A DNA stretch of 50,791 bases from a virus (Duplodnaviria > Caudoviricetes). The DNA lies in IMG/VR virus record IMGVR_UViG_3300028840_000889, positions 1 through 50,791 of that record. One strand, 5' to 3'. Below the pieces are notes generated by a model. That model was not told the origin of the DNA. It saw only the letters and a program-made list of their open reading frames with translations, and did not search any database. Position numbers and translations under genes: made by a program. Of this stretch, positions 7,844-18,146 are shown in pieces (position 1 is the stretch's first letter; every line of letters starts with the position of its first letter).

Positions 7844-9328
7844 TTAGAATGTGAACTTAGTCTGGATTACTCCACCAAATCTACTAGAGTTTTGATAACG
7901 TTGGTTGTTATCAACATAAAATAGTGCGGGAGTAATACTGATGTTGTCAGAAATTTGATACTTATAGAAGATCTCAATCATCGTAGCATCAGATACACCA
8001 CGGGTTTCTGCCGAAGGTGCTTGACCCACAGCAACGCCAGCAGAGTTACCCTTAGCAAATACATCAGACCACTGAAGACCAACGAACCACGAATCTGAGT
8101 TCGTAGCATCAGTCTTACCAGTAGCACCATTTACGGAGTTATATCCATAACCAGCACTGACTGAAGGAACCCAACCAGATTGGACGGGTTGCCAGTAAGC
8201 ATTCAGAGCAACCGAGTTTGATTCCTGACCGTTTACAAGGGCACCATTGGCACCCAGAAGACCGTTGTAGGTGCGAGGACGAGTGTTCTCACCACCATAG
8301 CGGTAACCAACAGCAACACCCCACTGAGGAGCACGATACCCGATTTGAGCGAGTACGTTCAGACCACCATCAGAATCAAATACACCAGTTTCCGAAAACT
8401 CACCATCTTGTGCGACATAATTCACACCAGCGACGAAACCACCTTGACCTTTTTGAGTAGGTTGTTTCCACTGAGCACCGAAACCAGCACCAGTTGCCTT
8501 GTTATAGACACCTGACGTACCAGCAAGTTGGAAGAAGTCAAGGATTTCAGACTTATAAGCAGAAGGAATCCAAGTCATCTCGGTGTTACGAACCAAGGGA
8601 CCAGCAGTTAGAGTTACACTCTTACCGACTGGGAATTGGTAGTACAAACGATCAAGGATTACTTGATCTACAAAAGATTCTGCTTTATCAAGTTTGAAGA
8701 GTGAAGAACTGGTTCCAAAAGGATCAGAACTAAAGTTTCCAGAACGCAGACGAGTACGAAGCAAATCTTTACCCGTGAATGAAGTATCAAAGTTCAGACG
8801 GAGATCATAGTTGAATGTGGTGTTGCCGACGTTTCCACCTTTATTCGTTTCTAGACTAGGAACTCCACCAAGAACGAAGTTTACTTCACCCTTGAGTTTG
8901 GTTGTGGTAGAAAATTGAGTTGCCTCAAGTTCTCCTACCTTTGCTTCAAGACCATCTACACGACCTTTAAGAACAGCAAGTTCTACTTTGAACTCATTCA
9001 GCAGACGCTGAAGTTCATCAGTAACTTCTGTAACACGATCCAGACAAGCATTAAGAAGAGCAGCAGCTTCAAAGCGAGTCATTGACTGACCCCCCTTATA
9101 GGTAAGATTAGGGTATCCTGCAACACATCCATATTTTTCAACAAGATTGCTGAGTGCCTGATATGCCCAATCCGTAGGACGAACATCTGAAAATTGATTA
9201 ATACTTGTAACTTGTTCTGCCGAGGCATATTTGTTAACTCCTTCCATATTAACATCTGCGGCGGTAGCAGCAGGAGCAATAAGTCCCAGAGCAACAGGAA
9301 CGAGCATTAGTTTTTTAAGAAAATTCAT
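7844..9328 (-). CDS. Cyanobacterial-type outer-membrane porin (SomA/OprB-like, SLH domain plus beta-barrel)
   Basis: Signal peptide, SLH domain QFSDVRPTDWAYQALSNLVEKYGCVAGYP, coiled coil, QFSTTTKLKGEV, LNFDTSFTGKDLLRTRL, and C-terminal Phe. Confidence 0.93.
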   Translation of the reverse strand: MNFLKKLMLVPVALGLIAPAATAADVNMEGVNKYASAEQVTSINQFSDVRPTDWAYQALSNLVEKYGCVAGYPNLTYKGGQSMTRFEAAALLNACLDRVTEVTDELQRLLNEFKVELAVLKGRVDGLEAKVGELEATQFSTTTKLKGEVNFVLGGVPSLETNKGGNVGNTTFNYDLRLNFDTSFTGKDLLRTRLRSGNFSSDPFGTSSSLFKLDKAESFVDQVILDRLYYQFPVGKSVTLTAGPLVRNTEMTWIPSAYKSEILDFFQLAGTSGVYNKATGAGFGAQWKQPTQKGQGGFVAGVNYVAQDGEFSETGVFDSDGGLNVLAQIGYRAPQWGVAVGYRYGGENTRPRTYNGLLGANGALVNGQESNSVALNAYWQPVQSGWVPSVSAGYGYNSVNGATGKTDATNSDSWFVGLQWSDVFAKGNSAGVAVGQAPSAETRGVSDATMIEIFYKYQISDNISITPALFYVDNNQRYQNSSRFGGVIQTKFTF

Positions 9329-9391
9329 AGATTTTTGTTTTGCATATAGAACAACGTTAAGAATTTAGTTATAATTCTCAACTCAATATTT

Positions 9392-9420
9392 AGAATAGCA
9401 CATTAAATTTACCGTGTCAA
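9392..9420 (-). promoter_or_regulatory. Sigma70-like promoter of the porin
   Basis: TTGACA-N17-TATTCT. Confidence 0.75.
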
Positions 9421-9446
9421 GTGCCCTCACAACTTTTTTTATTAGT

Positions 9447-10160
9447 TTAATACGCCAGAACTCTATTTTGTTTACTATGAGGAAATCCTCTTCTTTTTTG
9501 CATACATACCAAAGTTCCAACTGGTTGTTCTCCTAGTTCAGGATGTTCTGGATCCATCCAACGTTGCGAATTCAATTTTTTAACATTATCACTAGAAATT
9601 TTAGATTTTTCTTCCATAGACAAAGAAAACATTCCCAAATTTTCATCTTTACATTTTATACCACCTTTTCTTTTTTTCTCATTACATCCAGATTTACCTC
9701 CTATTTTTCCTGCTTCAGATTGATGATTGGGATTTCTTTCTAATAGAAATGATAGAGTATTTCTACCATTTTCTTTCATTTTTTCTGGGTATTTTTCGTG
9801 AATCATTTTACCAACTTTAGGACCAGAAACTTTACCGCCCTGCTTTTTCCCATATTCTGTTCTCAACAACGCCGCATTTTTAGCAGTTTCTGAATTAAAT
9901 CCTCCAGCAGAAGAACTGAGATTATAACAATATTCACTACCAAACCAAACATCAAGTATTAATTGTTCCGTTTCTCTATTCTTTCTATCGTCTTCCTCTA
10001 TAATTTCCCAAACAAATAGTTCTGAATTTTTCTTCAAAGCATTGTGAAATGGCGTTTTTTGTTTTGAGTTTAAGTGTTCCCGTTTTCTACGCTCAAAATC
10101 TACTGCACTTCCAACGTACCATTTGCCATTTTTAGTATTTGTTGCTCTATAGGTAATCAT
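9447..10160 (-). CDS. GIY-YIG homing endonuclease (free-standing, Seg-like)
   Basis: ITYRATNTKNGKWYVGSAVDFERRKREH...E...YN. Likely start is ATG 10160, after the late-promoter variant AATAAATA. Confidence 0.85.
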   Translation of the reverse strand: MITYRATNTKNGKWYVGSAVDFERRKREHLNSKQKTPFHNALKKNSELFVWEIIEEDDRKNRETEQLILDVWFGSEYCYNLSSSAGGFNSETAKNAALLRTEYGKKQGGKVSGPKVGKMIHEKYPEKMKENGRNTLSFLLERNPNHQSEAGKIGGKSGCNEKKRKGGIKCKDENLGMFSLSMEEKSKISSDNVKKLNSQRWMDPEHPELGEQPVGTLVCMQKRRGFPHSKQNRVLAY

Positions 10161-10179
10161 ACAAGAACTCAACACTAAA

Positions 10180-10968
10180 CTATTTATTTGAGGAAGGTTC
10201 AGTAATCCTACCCAGATAAGGGTTATAGTCTGTGATTTGGTCAATTGTCAACTGACTTCCCTGCGTTTCCCAGAAATTTAATATCGCAGTATAACTATTT
10301 TTATGAAAAATATCTACATGCTCTGGGTGTATACTTGACCCCAACTCAATCTTATATAAGAGCAATGGAGATGCATAAGTACATCCAGAATTATAGATTA
10401 AATCATCAGCAACTGCTCTTGGTTTAACTCCATTATCAAGTTTATACTTATCGCCACGAATATGATTATTAATTAATTTCTGAGCATGATGTCTTGTAAT
10501 CACATAACAAGCAGTAGAAAAGTCATTTACAAACCGATTATGAATGGGAACTACAATATCACCAGTACAAATAATTGCGAGTTGAATTACATCCCAAGCA
10601 TAAGGAGCACGAGCAATAAAATCTTGCCAAGTAAAGTTCCAGTACTTTGCAACACTTAAATTACAATCATCCTCCATAATAATTGCATAAGGTTTATCAG
10701 AAGTTTCTATCCAGTGTTTAATTGCCTTTAGATGAGAAGTGGTGCATCCAATTTCACCTGAAGACATTCCATCAGGATATTTACCTTTAATAATATCACT
10801 GAGATCATCTTCACGACCATCATATGCAGAGATGCGAGTATAATTATCAAGTTCCCAATATTCAAATTGTTTCTCCATATATTCTCTTCTTTCTGGTTGA
10901 TCGTCCAGATTAAGATAATAGATGGGCCCAAAATTTTTGAGTTTATATGTAGATTTATTTTTATCCAT
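10180..10968 (-). CDS. Glycosyltransferase family 25-like protein
   Basis: IYYLNLD...ERR, RISAYDG, GEIGCTTSH and IIMEDD. Confidence 0.85.
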   Translation of the reverse strand: MDKNKSTYKLKNFGPIYYLNLDDQPERREYMEKQFEYWELDNYTRISAYDGREDDLSDIIKGKYPDGMSSGEIGCTTSHLKAIKHWIETSDKPYAIIMEDDCNLSVAKYWNFTWQDFIARAPYAWDVIQLAIICTGDIVVPIHNRFVNDFSTACYVITRHHAQKLINNHIRGDKYKLDNGVKPRAVADDLIYNSGCTYASPLLLYKIELGSSIHPEHVDIFHKNSYTAILNFWETQGSQLTIDQITDYNPYLGRITEPSSNK

Positions 10969-11773
10969 TATACTTTTTAAGATATTCTTGATTTGAATAA
11001 TAATCTCTTAATTCATTTTGATTCATTTTTTGAATTTTTTCCCAAACATCATTATTTTTTTGCATGTGAGGATTATTTAACCAGGAGTTAGGTCCTCGTG
11101 CGTGTTCGAGATGATAAACATAATTATCAATTCTTCCCATATTATATCCTAGTGTAGTAAATCTGTAAAATCTTTCTTTGTCTTCTGGCGCATATGCTAT
11201 GAAGTTTTCATTCTCCATTCCACCTTCAATATAAACTTGCTTATTAAAAAATTGAACCCATCCAAAATCTGAGGTATACTTATTTGAATGATTTTTAAGA
11301 ATATCAAAATCATAAGTCTGTAGAAATTTAGAAACAATTTCATCAGTTGCTTTTACTTGATATTGATACATTCCTTGGGCATACGGGTATATTACATCAT
11401 AGGTACAATTAAGAATATATTGGTATGCTTTACAATAAGAGTCTATAGGGAGCAAAACATCACAATCATAATTCACAACAATATCAGTATTTGATTCAAC
11501 AATCATTTCATTCAATACTCTTTGACGATGAAATGAGGAATCATCAGATTGCTCAAAAATATGATTGATATTTACATCAACATCAAGAATATCTTTTAAG
11601 ATAGGTAGAGCATCTTTTTTAAATATAGATTCCCTATCAACTTCTTTAATGATGATATTAGTATCAAAGTTTTCAAGTAAAAATGAAACAGTTGTAATTA
11701 CATTACGAAGACGATCTGCAGTTTCAATACGAATTGGAATAATAAATGTCGCTCTAGTTAAATCAATTTTCAT
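10961..11773 (-). CDS. GT-A glycosyltransferase (GT2/galactosyltransferase-like)
   Basis: TFIIPIR, DxD (YDCD), GGMENENFIAYAPEDKE and YHLEH. Confidence 0.8.
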   Translation of the reverse strand: MKIDLTRATFIIPIRIETADRLRNVITTVSFLLENFDTNIIIKEVDRESIFKKDALPILKDILDVDVNINHIFEQSDDSSFHRQRVLNEMIVESNTDIVVNYDCDVLLPIDSYCKAYQYILNCTYDVIYPYAQGMYQYQVKATDEIVSKFLQTYDFDILKNHSNKYTSDFGWVQFFNKQVYIEGGMENENFIAYAPEDKERFYRFTTLGYNMGRIDNYVYHLEHARGPNSWLNNPHMQKNNDVWEKIQKMNQNELRDYYSNQEYLKKYNG

Positions 11774-12518
11774 CAGGATAATTTCTTGTATTTTTATGTT
11801 TTTCAGTTATGTAATTTAGTTCTTCTTCATTAACCCCCCAAGAACCTTCTGGGTGATTAATTACTTTATTATAATTTACTTTAGATGAACTAATTCTACT
11901 ACTATGTTCTCTATTTGAAGTTAGATAGTCTTCAATAATATACGGAATACCATGATTATATCTCATTCTATGATAGAAATCAGTATCCATTAATAACTGA
12001 AGATTTTCATCAAATTGTTCAAACTTTTCAGTTAAAAAAGAAACACAAGAAGGACTTCCTAAAAGATTTCTTCCCTCTAACATCATATCAGTCCATTTAG
12101 GAATCATTGGTCGGAAATGTTCAATTCCATTTTTAGTATGAGCAAATCCGTTAAAGCACCAATTATAAGATGTTTCATCAAACACAGATTTGATTTTTAA
12201 TAAAGCAGATTTATTGATGAATAAATCATCCTGAAAAATAAGTTTTGTTATTCTCCCACTACACATTTCAATCGCAGAGTTTGTATTTGCAGGACTATTT
12301 CCTCGTTTTACTTCATTTTTATAATATTTAATCTCAAAATAGTTTGCATACTCTTCACAAACTCGAAAAATCTTATTGTCTTGGGAATGATCTGAAATAC
12401 AAACTTCAAATTTTTTAAAATCTTGTACCTTAATAGTATCAAACAACTCGGAAAGATATTGATCTCCAATACCTTTCATTTCATAAGTTGGAATAGCAAT
12501 AGAAATATCAGTCATCAA
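11763..12518 (-). CDS. Glycosyltransferase family 2
   Basis: ISIAIPTY, ISDHSQD, LIFQDD and FDENL...D. Confidence 0.85.
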   Translation of the reverse strand: MMTDISIAIPTYEMKGIGDQYLSELFDTIKVQDFKKFEVCISDHSQDNKIFRVCEEYANYFEIKYYKNEVKRGNSPANTNSAIEMCSGRITKLIFQDDLFINKSALLKIKSVFDETSYNWCFNGFAHTKNGIEHFRPMIPKWTDMMLEGRNLLGSPSCVSFLTEKFEQFDENLQLLMDTDFYHRMRYNHGIPYIIEDYLTSNREHSSRISSSKVNYNKVINHPEGSWGVNEEELNYITEKHKNTRNYPDEN

Positions 12519-13297
12519 ATTTTAATCCAACGATCAGGAATAATATCAGAAGTATTATGTTGTGCAGTATATCCACTATCACCAAACCAACGAGATGGTG
12601 CAATTACGTTACCAGAACCAGATAACCATGCACCCCACCAAGAAAAAGATGAATTTGCAATAATATGATGAGAACACATAGTCATTAAGCACATATCTAC
12701 TAGATTCCATTCAGATTCTGAAACCATAAAACGATCTGATTTAAACAAATCCTGTTCTTTGCACCATTTAGTATCATCAGAAAAAATAAGAACTGGAAGA
12801 TCAGAATCAAACTTACTTAGTGCTTCTTCATAATATTCCATAGGACAAAGTGGATGATCATCAGATTTTTCAACATAATCAGTCCTTCTTACATGCAAAG
12901 AAATTACTTGATCAAACTCAAATGCTTCTTTACATGGAGTTAAAACCTCAGATTTAAAAGTAAAGTCTTCGCGAATACTATCTCCAATATGCGAAAAATA
13001 CTTTTCTGTCTGAAAATATCCAAACAAATTTACATTATCAGGACACTCATCAACATATTCTTGGGAATAATTATATTGCTTTTCTTGATAATAATTTCCA
13101 GATAAAAACTTTTTATTTTTTAGATTTGGGAGAGTAAATGCTTCAAATAGTTGATGATCTTCCCATTCATTCTTAAAGTCCGATTCAGGAATACAAAAAT
13201 CATATCCTTTAGTTTCTACAATACCCCGTAGTGCTGCATATTGGAACATTTGATTTCCAAGTCTTCCTTGACGACCCATGTGATTAAATCCAATCAT
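12515..13297 (-). CDS. Alpha-1,2-fucosyltransferase (GT11)
   Basis: GRLGNQMFQYA, GYFQTEKYF, LHVRRTDY, IFSDD and IIANSSFSWWGAWL. Confidence 0.92.
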   Translation of the reverse strand: MIGFNHMGRQGRLGNQMFQYAALRGIVETKGYDFCIPESDFKNEWEDHQLFEAFTLPNLKNKKFLSGNYYQEKQYNYSQEYVDECPDNVNLFGYFQTEKYFSHIGDSIREDFTFKSEVLTPCKEAFEFDQVISLHVRRTDYVEKSDDHPLCPMEYYEEALSKFDSDLPVLIFSDDTKWCKEQDLFKSDRFMVSESEWNLVDMCLMTMCSHHIIANSSFSWWGAWLSGSGNVIAPSRWFGDSGYTAQHNTSDIIPDRWIKI

Positions 13298-13986
13298 AAT
13301 TTCGTATTCTTTGGTAAATGATAATGAAATCCAAAAGGTACTATTCCTTCAGTTTCTTTAATTGGTTTTTCGTGAGCAAATTTTGCCGCGACTTCTATTG
13401 GTGCAAACTTGCATCCACATCTTTCGTATATATGCCTATTATGAACACATATATTTCCGTCTTCAGCAAAGTTATTTGCATTCATATGCTTATAAAAATT
13501 TCCTCGATTTACATCCCATTCTATATGTTCATGTTTAGGAACATCAAGTAATTTTTTACTTCTTAAACTAAATCCACCATTTCCAACTCTTTGATGATTT
13601 CCAAATGGATCAATATAAGCATTTTCATTATATTCCCAAAGAGCACCAATATAGTCATATTCTAACCAAGAATTTTCCCATTTATCCGGATTAATAACAA
13701 ATCCATCTGCCTGTATTAACAAACAATGAGATGTATTCACATGATTAGTTAAATTATAGATACAGTAATAACTATAGTCATTAATATTATTGATTTTATA
13801 ACATTCGGAATATTCAATAAAATCCGGAAGATCTTTAGGTCTTTCGTGAGTAACTAATCTTACTGCACCAAAATTAATACCTTCAACACTCTTTTTAAAA
13901 GCAAAATATGTTTGGGAAAGATTTACTGAAGATATGCAGATAAGTGTTACATCAGGTAGATTAATCATCTGTTTTAATTGAGTCAT
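13294..13986 (-). CDS. DUF5672-like putative glycosyltransferase
   Basis: LLIQADG, YDYIGA, VGNGGFSLRSK, ED and FGFH. Confidence 0.75.
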   Translation of the reverse strand: MTQLKQMINLPDVTLICISSVNLSQTYFAFKKSVEGINFGAVRLVTHERPKDLPDFIEYSECYKINNINDYSYYCIYNLTNHVNTSHCLLIQADGFVINPDKWENSWLEYDYIGALWEYNENAYIDPFGNHQRVGNGGFSLRSKKLLDVPKHEHIEWDVNRGNFYKHMNANNFAEDGNICVHNRHIYERCGCKFAPIEVAAKFAHEKPIKETEGIVPFGFHYHLPKNTKL

Positions 13987-14899
13987 TAACTATTTTAACA
14001 TAAAAATTTCGAATGTCCAAGCAATCAAGATCAATTTCTCGCATCTGATCAAAGAGATGCCCATTAGAGAGTAGGTATTCTTCATTCACTTCCGTATAAT
14101 CATTTACAAAAAGAACTGGATAATCTCTAAAAAGATATTCGAGATATTTATTTTTCTTCATAACTGGTACTCTTCTCATATAAAGAACCTCCCAATTACG
14201 ATGACAATCAACAGCATTTCCTTCTGGACATATCATAAATTTTGATTTCTTTAAAGAAGACAAATAACTATTATAATCTACAGTTTCAATTTCAACTTTT
14301 GCCCAAGATTTATCTAAAAATAATTGTTTTATTCCAGATCTTTCTTTCGAATTCGTACTAGTACTATGATTAATATAAAGAAGTTGTTCAATATCCTCTT
14401 CGGTGGAATATATAAAATCTAAAAGAATTTGTTGTCTATTATCCCCTAGGTGTAGTTTTCTTTGAATTCCATAAGGAATTGGATTAACTTTACCACCAAA
14501 ACTCAATGCATTTGCTGCATTTACACTTAAAACATTATCTGGAATCTTATCGAAAATAAAATTATCAATGGGTGTATCTTCGAGATTTGTGAAGATTATA
14601 AACTTTTTATTTGGAAATTGAGAGCACAAATTTAAAAGATCACTCTCTTTCATCAAAGAGTTCACATATGATTTGTCTTGAGGTTTTACACTTTCAATTT
14701 CTCTGTTGTAAAGTCTTATATTATCGATAAACAAAGTTATATATTTTTTCTTTGATGATAATATTGTTTCCACAAATTCCAAATTTAAAAGGTTTGCCGG
14801 TTTCATAAAATGCCCAGGAACATTTCCAAAACTTCCCGATTGATCCCCAAATGAATAGTCGCATAAATTCGAAAGACTTACGCCATCAATTGGTTTCAT
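13961..14899 (-). CDS. Exostosin/GT47-like glycosyltransferase
   Basis: SKFMICPEGNAVDCHRNWEVLY..VPV. Confidence 0.7.
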   Translation of the reverse strand: MKPIDGVSLSNLCDYSFGDQSGSFGNVPGHFMKPANLLNLEFVETILSSKKKYITLFIDNIRLYNREIESVKPQDKSYVNSLMKESDLLNLCSQFPNKKFIIFTNLEDTPIDNFIFDKIPDNVLSVNAANALSFGGKVNPIPYGIQRKLHLGDNRQQILLDFIYSTEEDIEQLLYINHSTSTNSKERSGIKQLFLDKSWAKVEIETVDYNSYLSSLKKSKFMICPEGNAVDCHRNWEVLYMRRVPVMKKNKYLEYLFRDYPVLFVNDYTEVNEEYLLSNGHLFDQMREIDLDCLDIRNFYVKIVNDSIKTDD

Positions 14900-15563
14900 T
14901 TTTTCTTAAAACTGAAATAAAATATCCATTATGCCAATCACTATTTTGTTTAGTATTTTCCTCCGAAGGATAAGAATTATCATCAGTAGTCCTAATATCA
15001 GTTGAAAATATTACATCAAGTTTCAGTTTTTCAATTGCGTTCATTGTGCCATTTCTAACTCTTTCCCAATTCCAGTCATCACAGATAAAAATAAACTCAT
15101 CATCTAAAGCAGGTTGAGCAACCATTAATCCATCATATTGATCCCTCTCTTCATGTGGTCCATCAAAAAGATATACATTATACTTTCCAATCTCACCGTA
15201 ATTAATTTTCCTAAAATCTACTTCCTCAAAAACTATTTCAATATCATCACATTCATCCACGCATTTTCGGACATTTTCACAAAAAACATTTTTAGGTCCA
15301 CCAAATTCGGACCAATTATCAATACAATAAGACTTTACTCCATTTCCGAAAATTGCAGAACAAGAAGTAGAACCTTTCCAACATCCAATTTCAAGATATC
15401 TGGGATCTTCTAAAGATCCTATAAGGTTATTAATAAAATGTCTGTACTTTCTGCCAGACATTCCATCCATTTCTAATATCCAATCAGGTAGTTTACTTTT
15501 TTTGGTTTCTACATCCTTTAAAATATTTTCAATTAAAGAAATATATTTACTATTTTTTATCAT
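14886..15563 (-). CDS. Class I SAM-dependent methyltransferase
   Basis: YLEIGCWKGST, CIDNW, FDGPH and ICDDW. Confidence 0.85.
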   Translation of the reverse strand: MIKNSKYISLIENILKDVETKKSKLPDWILEMDGMSGRKYRHFINNLIGSLEDPRYLEIGCWKGSTSCSAIFGNGVKSYCIDNWSEFGGPKNVFCENVRKCVDECDDIEIVFEEVDFRKINYGEIGKYNVYLFDGPHEERDQYDGLMVAQPALDDEFIFICDDWNWERVRNGTMNAIEKLKLDVIFSTDIRTTDDNSYPSEENTKQNSDWHNGYFISVLRKNETN

Positions 15564-16153
15564 TTTTTAATTCCCCAAAAATAAAGATCTTCACATGGAT
15601 TGATATACGTTCTCATATGTTTAATAAACTCAGTAGGATTATCATAATCTACAGTACTATGAAACTCATAATCGTAAAATATATCGTCAAAAGATTCTTC
15701 AAATGATTCTCGAAAATCTTGCTCATCTAAATTTCTATAATATTCCCAACCAATGTTTACAGTAAGTGGAGATGATTCAGAGTCTGATCTACTTGTTCCA
15801 TGCTCCTTTCTCCCAGTCGTTGCGCAGGTAAATATAACTAATCCCTCACTTTTACACATTCTTACCATATTAGAAAATGTTTCTGCCCAATATGGATTGT
15901 GTTCAAAACACTCTCCAGAGGCACATACATCATACGATTCATCTGGAGCATCATATTCTTGCCCTTGAATCACTAAATCTACACCTTGACCTTCCCCAAC
16001 ATCAATTCCCAAATAGTCGCAGTCAGTAAATAAAGATCGCATTGATCCATTAATATTTAAACTACCCACTTCAAGAACTTTAGTTTTTTCAAAATATTTT
16101 GGGAACTTATCTTTTACATATAAAATAAAATCTTTTTGAGTGCTATGTGCCAT
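15560..16153 (-). CDS. Class I SAM-dependent methyltransferase
   Basis: VLEVGS, YLGIDV and ECFEH. Likely start is ATG 16153. Confidence 0.85.
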   Translation of the reverse strand: MAHSTQKDFILYVKDKFPKYFEKTKVLEVGSLNINGSMRSLFTDCDYLGIDVGEGQGVDLVIQGQEYDAPDESYDVCASGECFEHNPYWAETFSNMVRMCKSEGLVIFTCATTGRKEHGTSRSDSESSPLTVNIGWEYYRNLDEQDFRESFEESFDDIFYDYEFHSTVDYDNPTEFIKHMRTYINPCEDLYFWGIKK

Positions 16154-16155
16154 TT

Positions 16156-16731
16156 TTATTTTGTGAATTTTAAAATGTATAATCCGTTTTTCCATTGCTC
16201 TAATAGGTCTTGATATTTCTGTTTTCCAGACATATCAAATGCTTCACACTTACTATAACCAGATATTTTTGCAAGATCAAGCAGAGGTTCTACCCATTCT
16301 GATTTAATGACATCTTCAATAATCAACATTCCGTCATTTTTTAATTTTGAAAAGTAAATTTGAATGACTTTTTCGAAAGATTCGTATGTATGAACACCAT
16401 CATCAACAATAATATCAAAATACAAATCTTCAAATAAATTGAGTGCTTCAATAGAATACATATCTATCCGATGACATATTGTACCTTCTATTTGCTCGAA
16501 TTGTTCAATATCACCACCATAAACATTAGAATCTGGATGAAAATATTCTTTCCATATTCGAATTGAACCACCACCCCTAATTCCAATTTCTAAAATATTA
16601 ATTGGAGATTTTACATAAGATTTAAATTGGTTTTCGTAAAAATGATCATAGTATCCCAACTGATATTTGTCAGTACAATATCCTCCTTGCAAATATCTTT
16701 CAGATAAGGTCATTCTTTTTTTTCTTGCCAT
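16156..16731 (-). CDS. SAM-dependent (sugar O-)methyltransferase
   Basis: TDK...Y, ILEIGIRGGGS, FDIIVDDGVH and LIIED. Confidence 0.82.
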   Translation of the reverse strand: MARKKRMTLSERYLQGGYCTDKYQLGYYDHFYENQFKSYVKSPINILEIGIRGGGSIRIWKEYFHPDSNVYGGDIEQFEQIEGTICHRIDMYSIEALNLFEDLYFDIIVDDGVHTYESFEKVIQIYFSKLKNDGMLIIEDVIKSEWVEPLLDLAKISGYSKCEAFDMSGKQKYQDLLEQWKNGLYILKFTK

Positions 16732-16735
16732 GTAA

Positions 16736-17785
16736 TTACTCCTTATTTTTTATTTGTTTACAAATCCAATTATACGTATTACAAATACCTTCTTCAAGTG
16801 TCTGAGAATAATCCCAACCCAATTCTTTACGAATCAACTCATTATTTGAATTACGACCACGAACTCCAAGAGGTCCATCAATATGATTCTTTTCAACTTT
16901 CTTACCAGAGACTTTAGCGGCAGTATCAACAAGTTGATTGATGGTCACCATTTCTTCAGAACCAATATTAACGGGCCCAATAAAATTTGATTCCATCATT
17001 CTACGAGTTGCTTCAATACACTCATCAATATAAAGGAATGAGCGAGTTTGGAGACCATCACCCCATACCTCTATCGCACCACCCGTTTCAGGAAGATATG
17101 CAACCTTTCTACAAATTGCTGCGGGTGCCTTTTCTCTTCCACCTTCCCAGGTGCCTTCAGGACCAAAGATATTATGATACCTAGCAACCCGAACAGGGAT
17201 CCTGTAATTACGATGATAAGCGAAAAACAGTCGTTCGGAGAAAAGTTTTTCCCATCCGTATTCTGAGTCTGGTGCTGCTGGGTATGCTGATTCTTCACGG
17301 CAGTCAGGTTTATCAGGATCTAGTTGATTATGTTCTGGATACATACAAGCAGATCCAGAGTAGAAAATTTTAGTTTTATTTACCCCCTTGAAATTATTAA
17401 ACTGATGAACTGCTTCCAGAACATTGAGGTTAATAGTTGCAGAGTTATGCATAATGTCCGCATCATTTTCACCAGTAAAGACAAACCCTGCCCCACCCAT
17501 ATCAGCAGCAAACTGATAGATTTCATCAAATGTATCCAGATATTGTGATGCAACAAAGTGGTAAAAGTTTCCACAATGTCCTTTAAACTGAATTACTCTC
17601 TCAACAAAACTCATATCTCTCAGATCTCCACGAACGAATTCGTTTGCCCCAGAAAGAGAAAACTCTGGATATTTAAGATCCACACCACGAACCCAATAAC
17701 CTTCAGAACGAAGTCTTTTGACCATGTGACTCCCAATGAAACCACCAGCACCTAGAACCAGTGCTGTTTTTATATATCCACTCAT
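16736..17785 (-). CDS. NAD-dependent nucleotide-sugar epimerase (GDP-mannose 3,5-epimerase-like)
   Basis: GAGGFIG, FAADMGG, SSACxY-like SGSACMY, YGWEK, REKAPAAICRK and GVRGRNS. Confidence 0.92.
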   Translation of the reverse strand: MSGYIKTALVLGAGGFIGSHMVKRLRSEGYWVRGVDLKYPEFSLSGANEFVRGDLRDMSFVERVIQFKGHCGNFYHFVASQYLDTFDEIYQFAADMGGAGFVFTGENDADIMHNSATINLNVLEAVHQFNNFKGVNKTKIFYSGSACMYPEHNQLDPDKPDCREESAYPAAPDSEYGWEKLFSERLFFAYHRNYRIPVRVARYHNIFGPEGTWEGGREKAPAAICRKVAYLPETGGAIEVWGDGLQTRSFLYIDECIEATRRMMESNFIGPVNIGSEEMVTINQLVDTAAKVSGKKVEKNHIDGPLGVRGRNSNNELIRKELGWDYSQTLEEGICNTYNWICKQIKNKE

Positions 17786-17813
17786 AAATTAATTAATATC
17801 TATAATATATATA

Positions 17814-17854
17814 CCATAAAAGAAGAGTTTAGTAAACTCTTCCTTCTTTTATGC
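17814..17854 (-). terminator. Hairpin/terminator upstream of the epimerase
   Basis: GAAGAGTTT-ACT-AAACTCTTC followed by TTTT. Confidence 0.5.
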
Positions 17855-17888
17855 TCATGTGAGAGCGTCTTTTGTTTTGCCAGTTCCT

Positions 17889-18146
17889 TTAAAGACTCTC
17901 TATGTCTTCGTCGTCATTTTTTATATAACAAGGAACTCTATCAGGATCTAGCCATTTAGTATAATTAAAATCCTCCATCGCAGTCAAACACTGCATTTGA
18001 TTATCAAACAGATAGATATCATTCCATCGTTTTGTATAGTAGTCTTTTTTTTGAAGACGATAATCAGGTTTACCATTGATTTCGATAATACCTTTTTCTA
18101 CAAACCTATATTCTTCTTTTTCAAGAATAACTTTAGATTGTATCAT
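17889..18146 (-). CDS. Hypothetical cyanophage protein
   Basis: 85-aa ORF with an ATGA overlap to its upstream ORF. Confidence 0.75.
   Translation of the reverse strand: MIQSKVILEKEEYRFVEKGIIEINGKPDYRLQKKDYYTKRWNDIYLFDNQMQCLTAMEDFNYTKWLDPDRVPCYIKNDDEDIESL

Noticed and set aside
17786-17910. wcaG RNA motif upstream of the epimerase
   Set aside because: The position fits, but I see only simple hairpins and cannot match the motif. An Rfam scan is needed.
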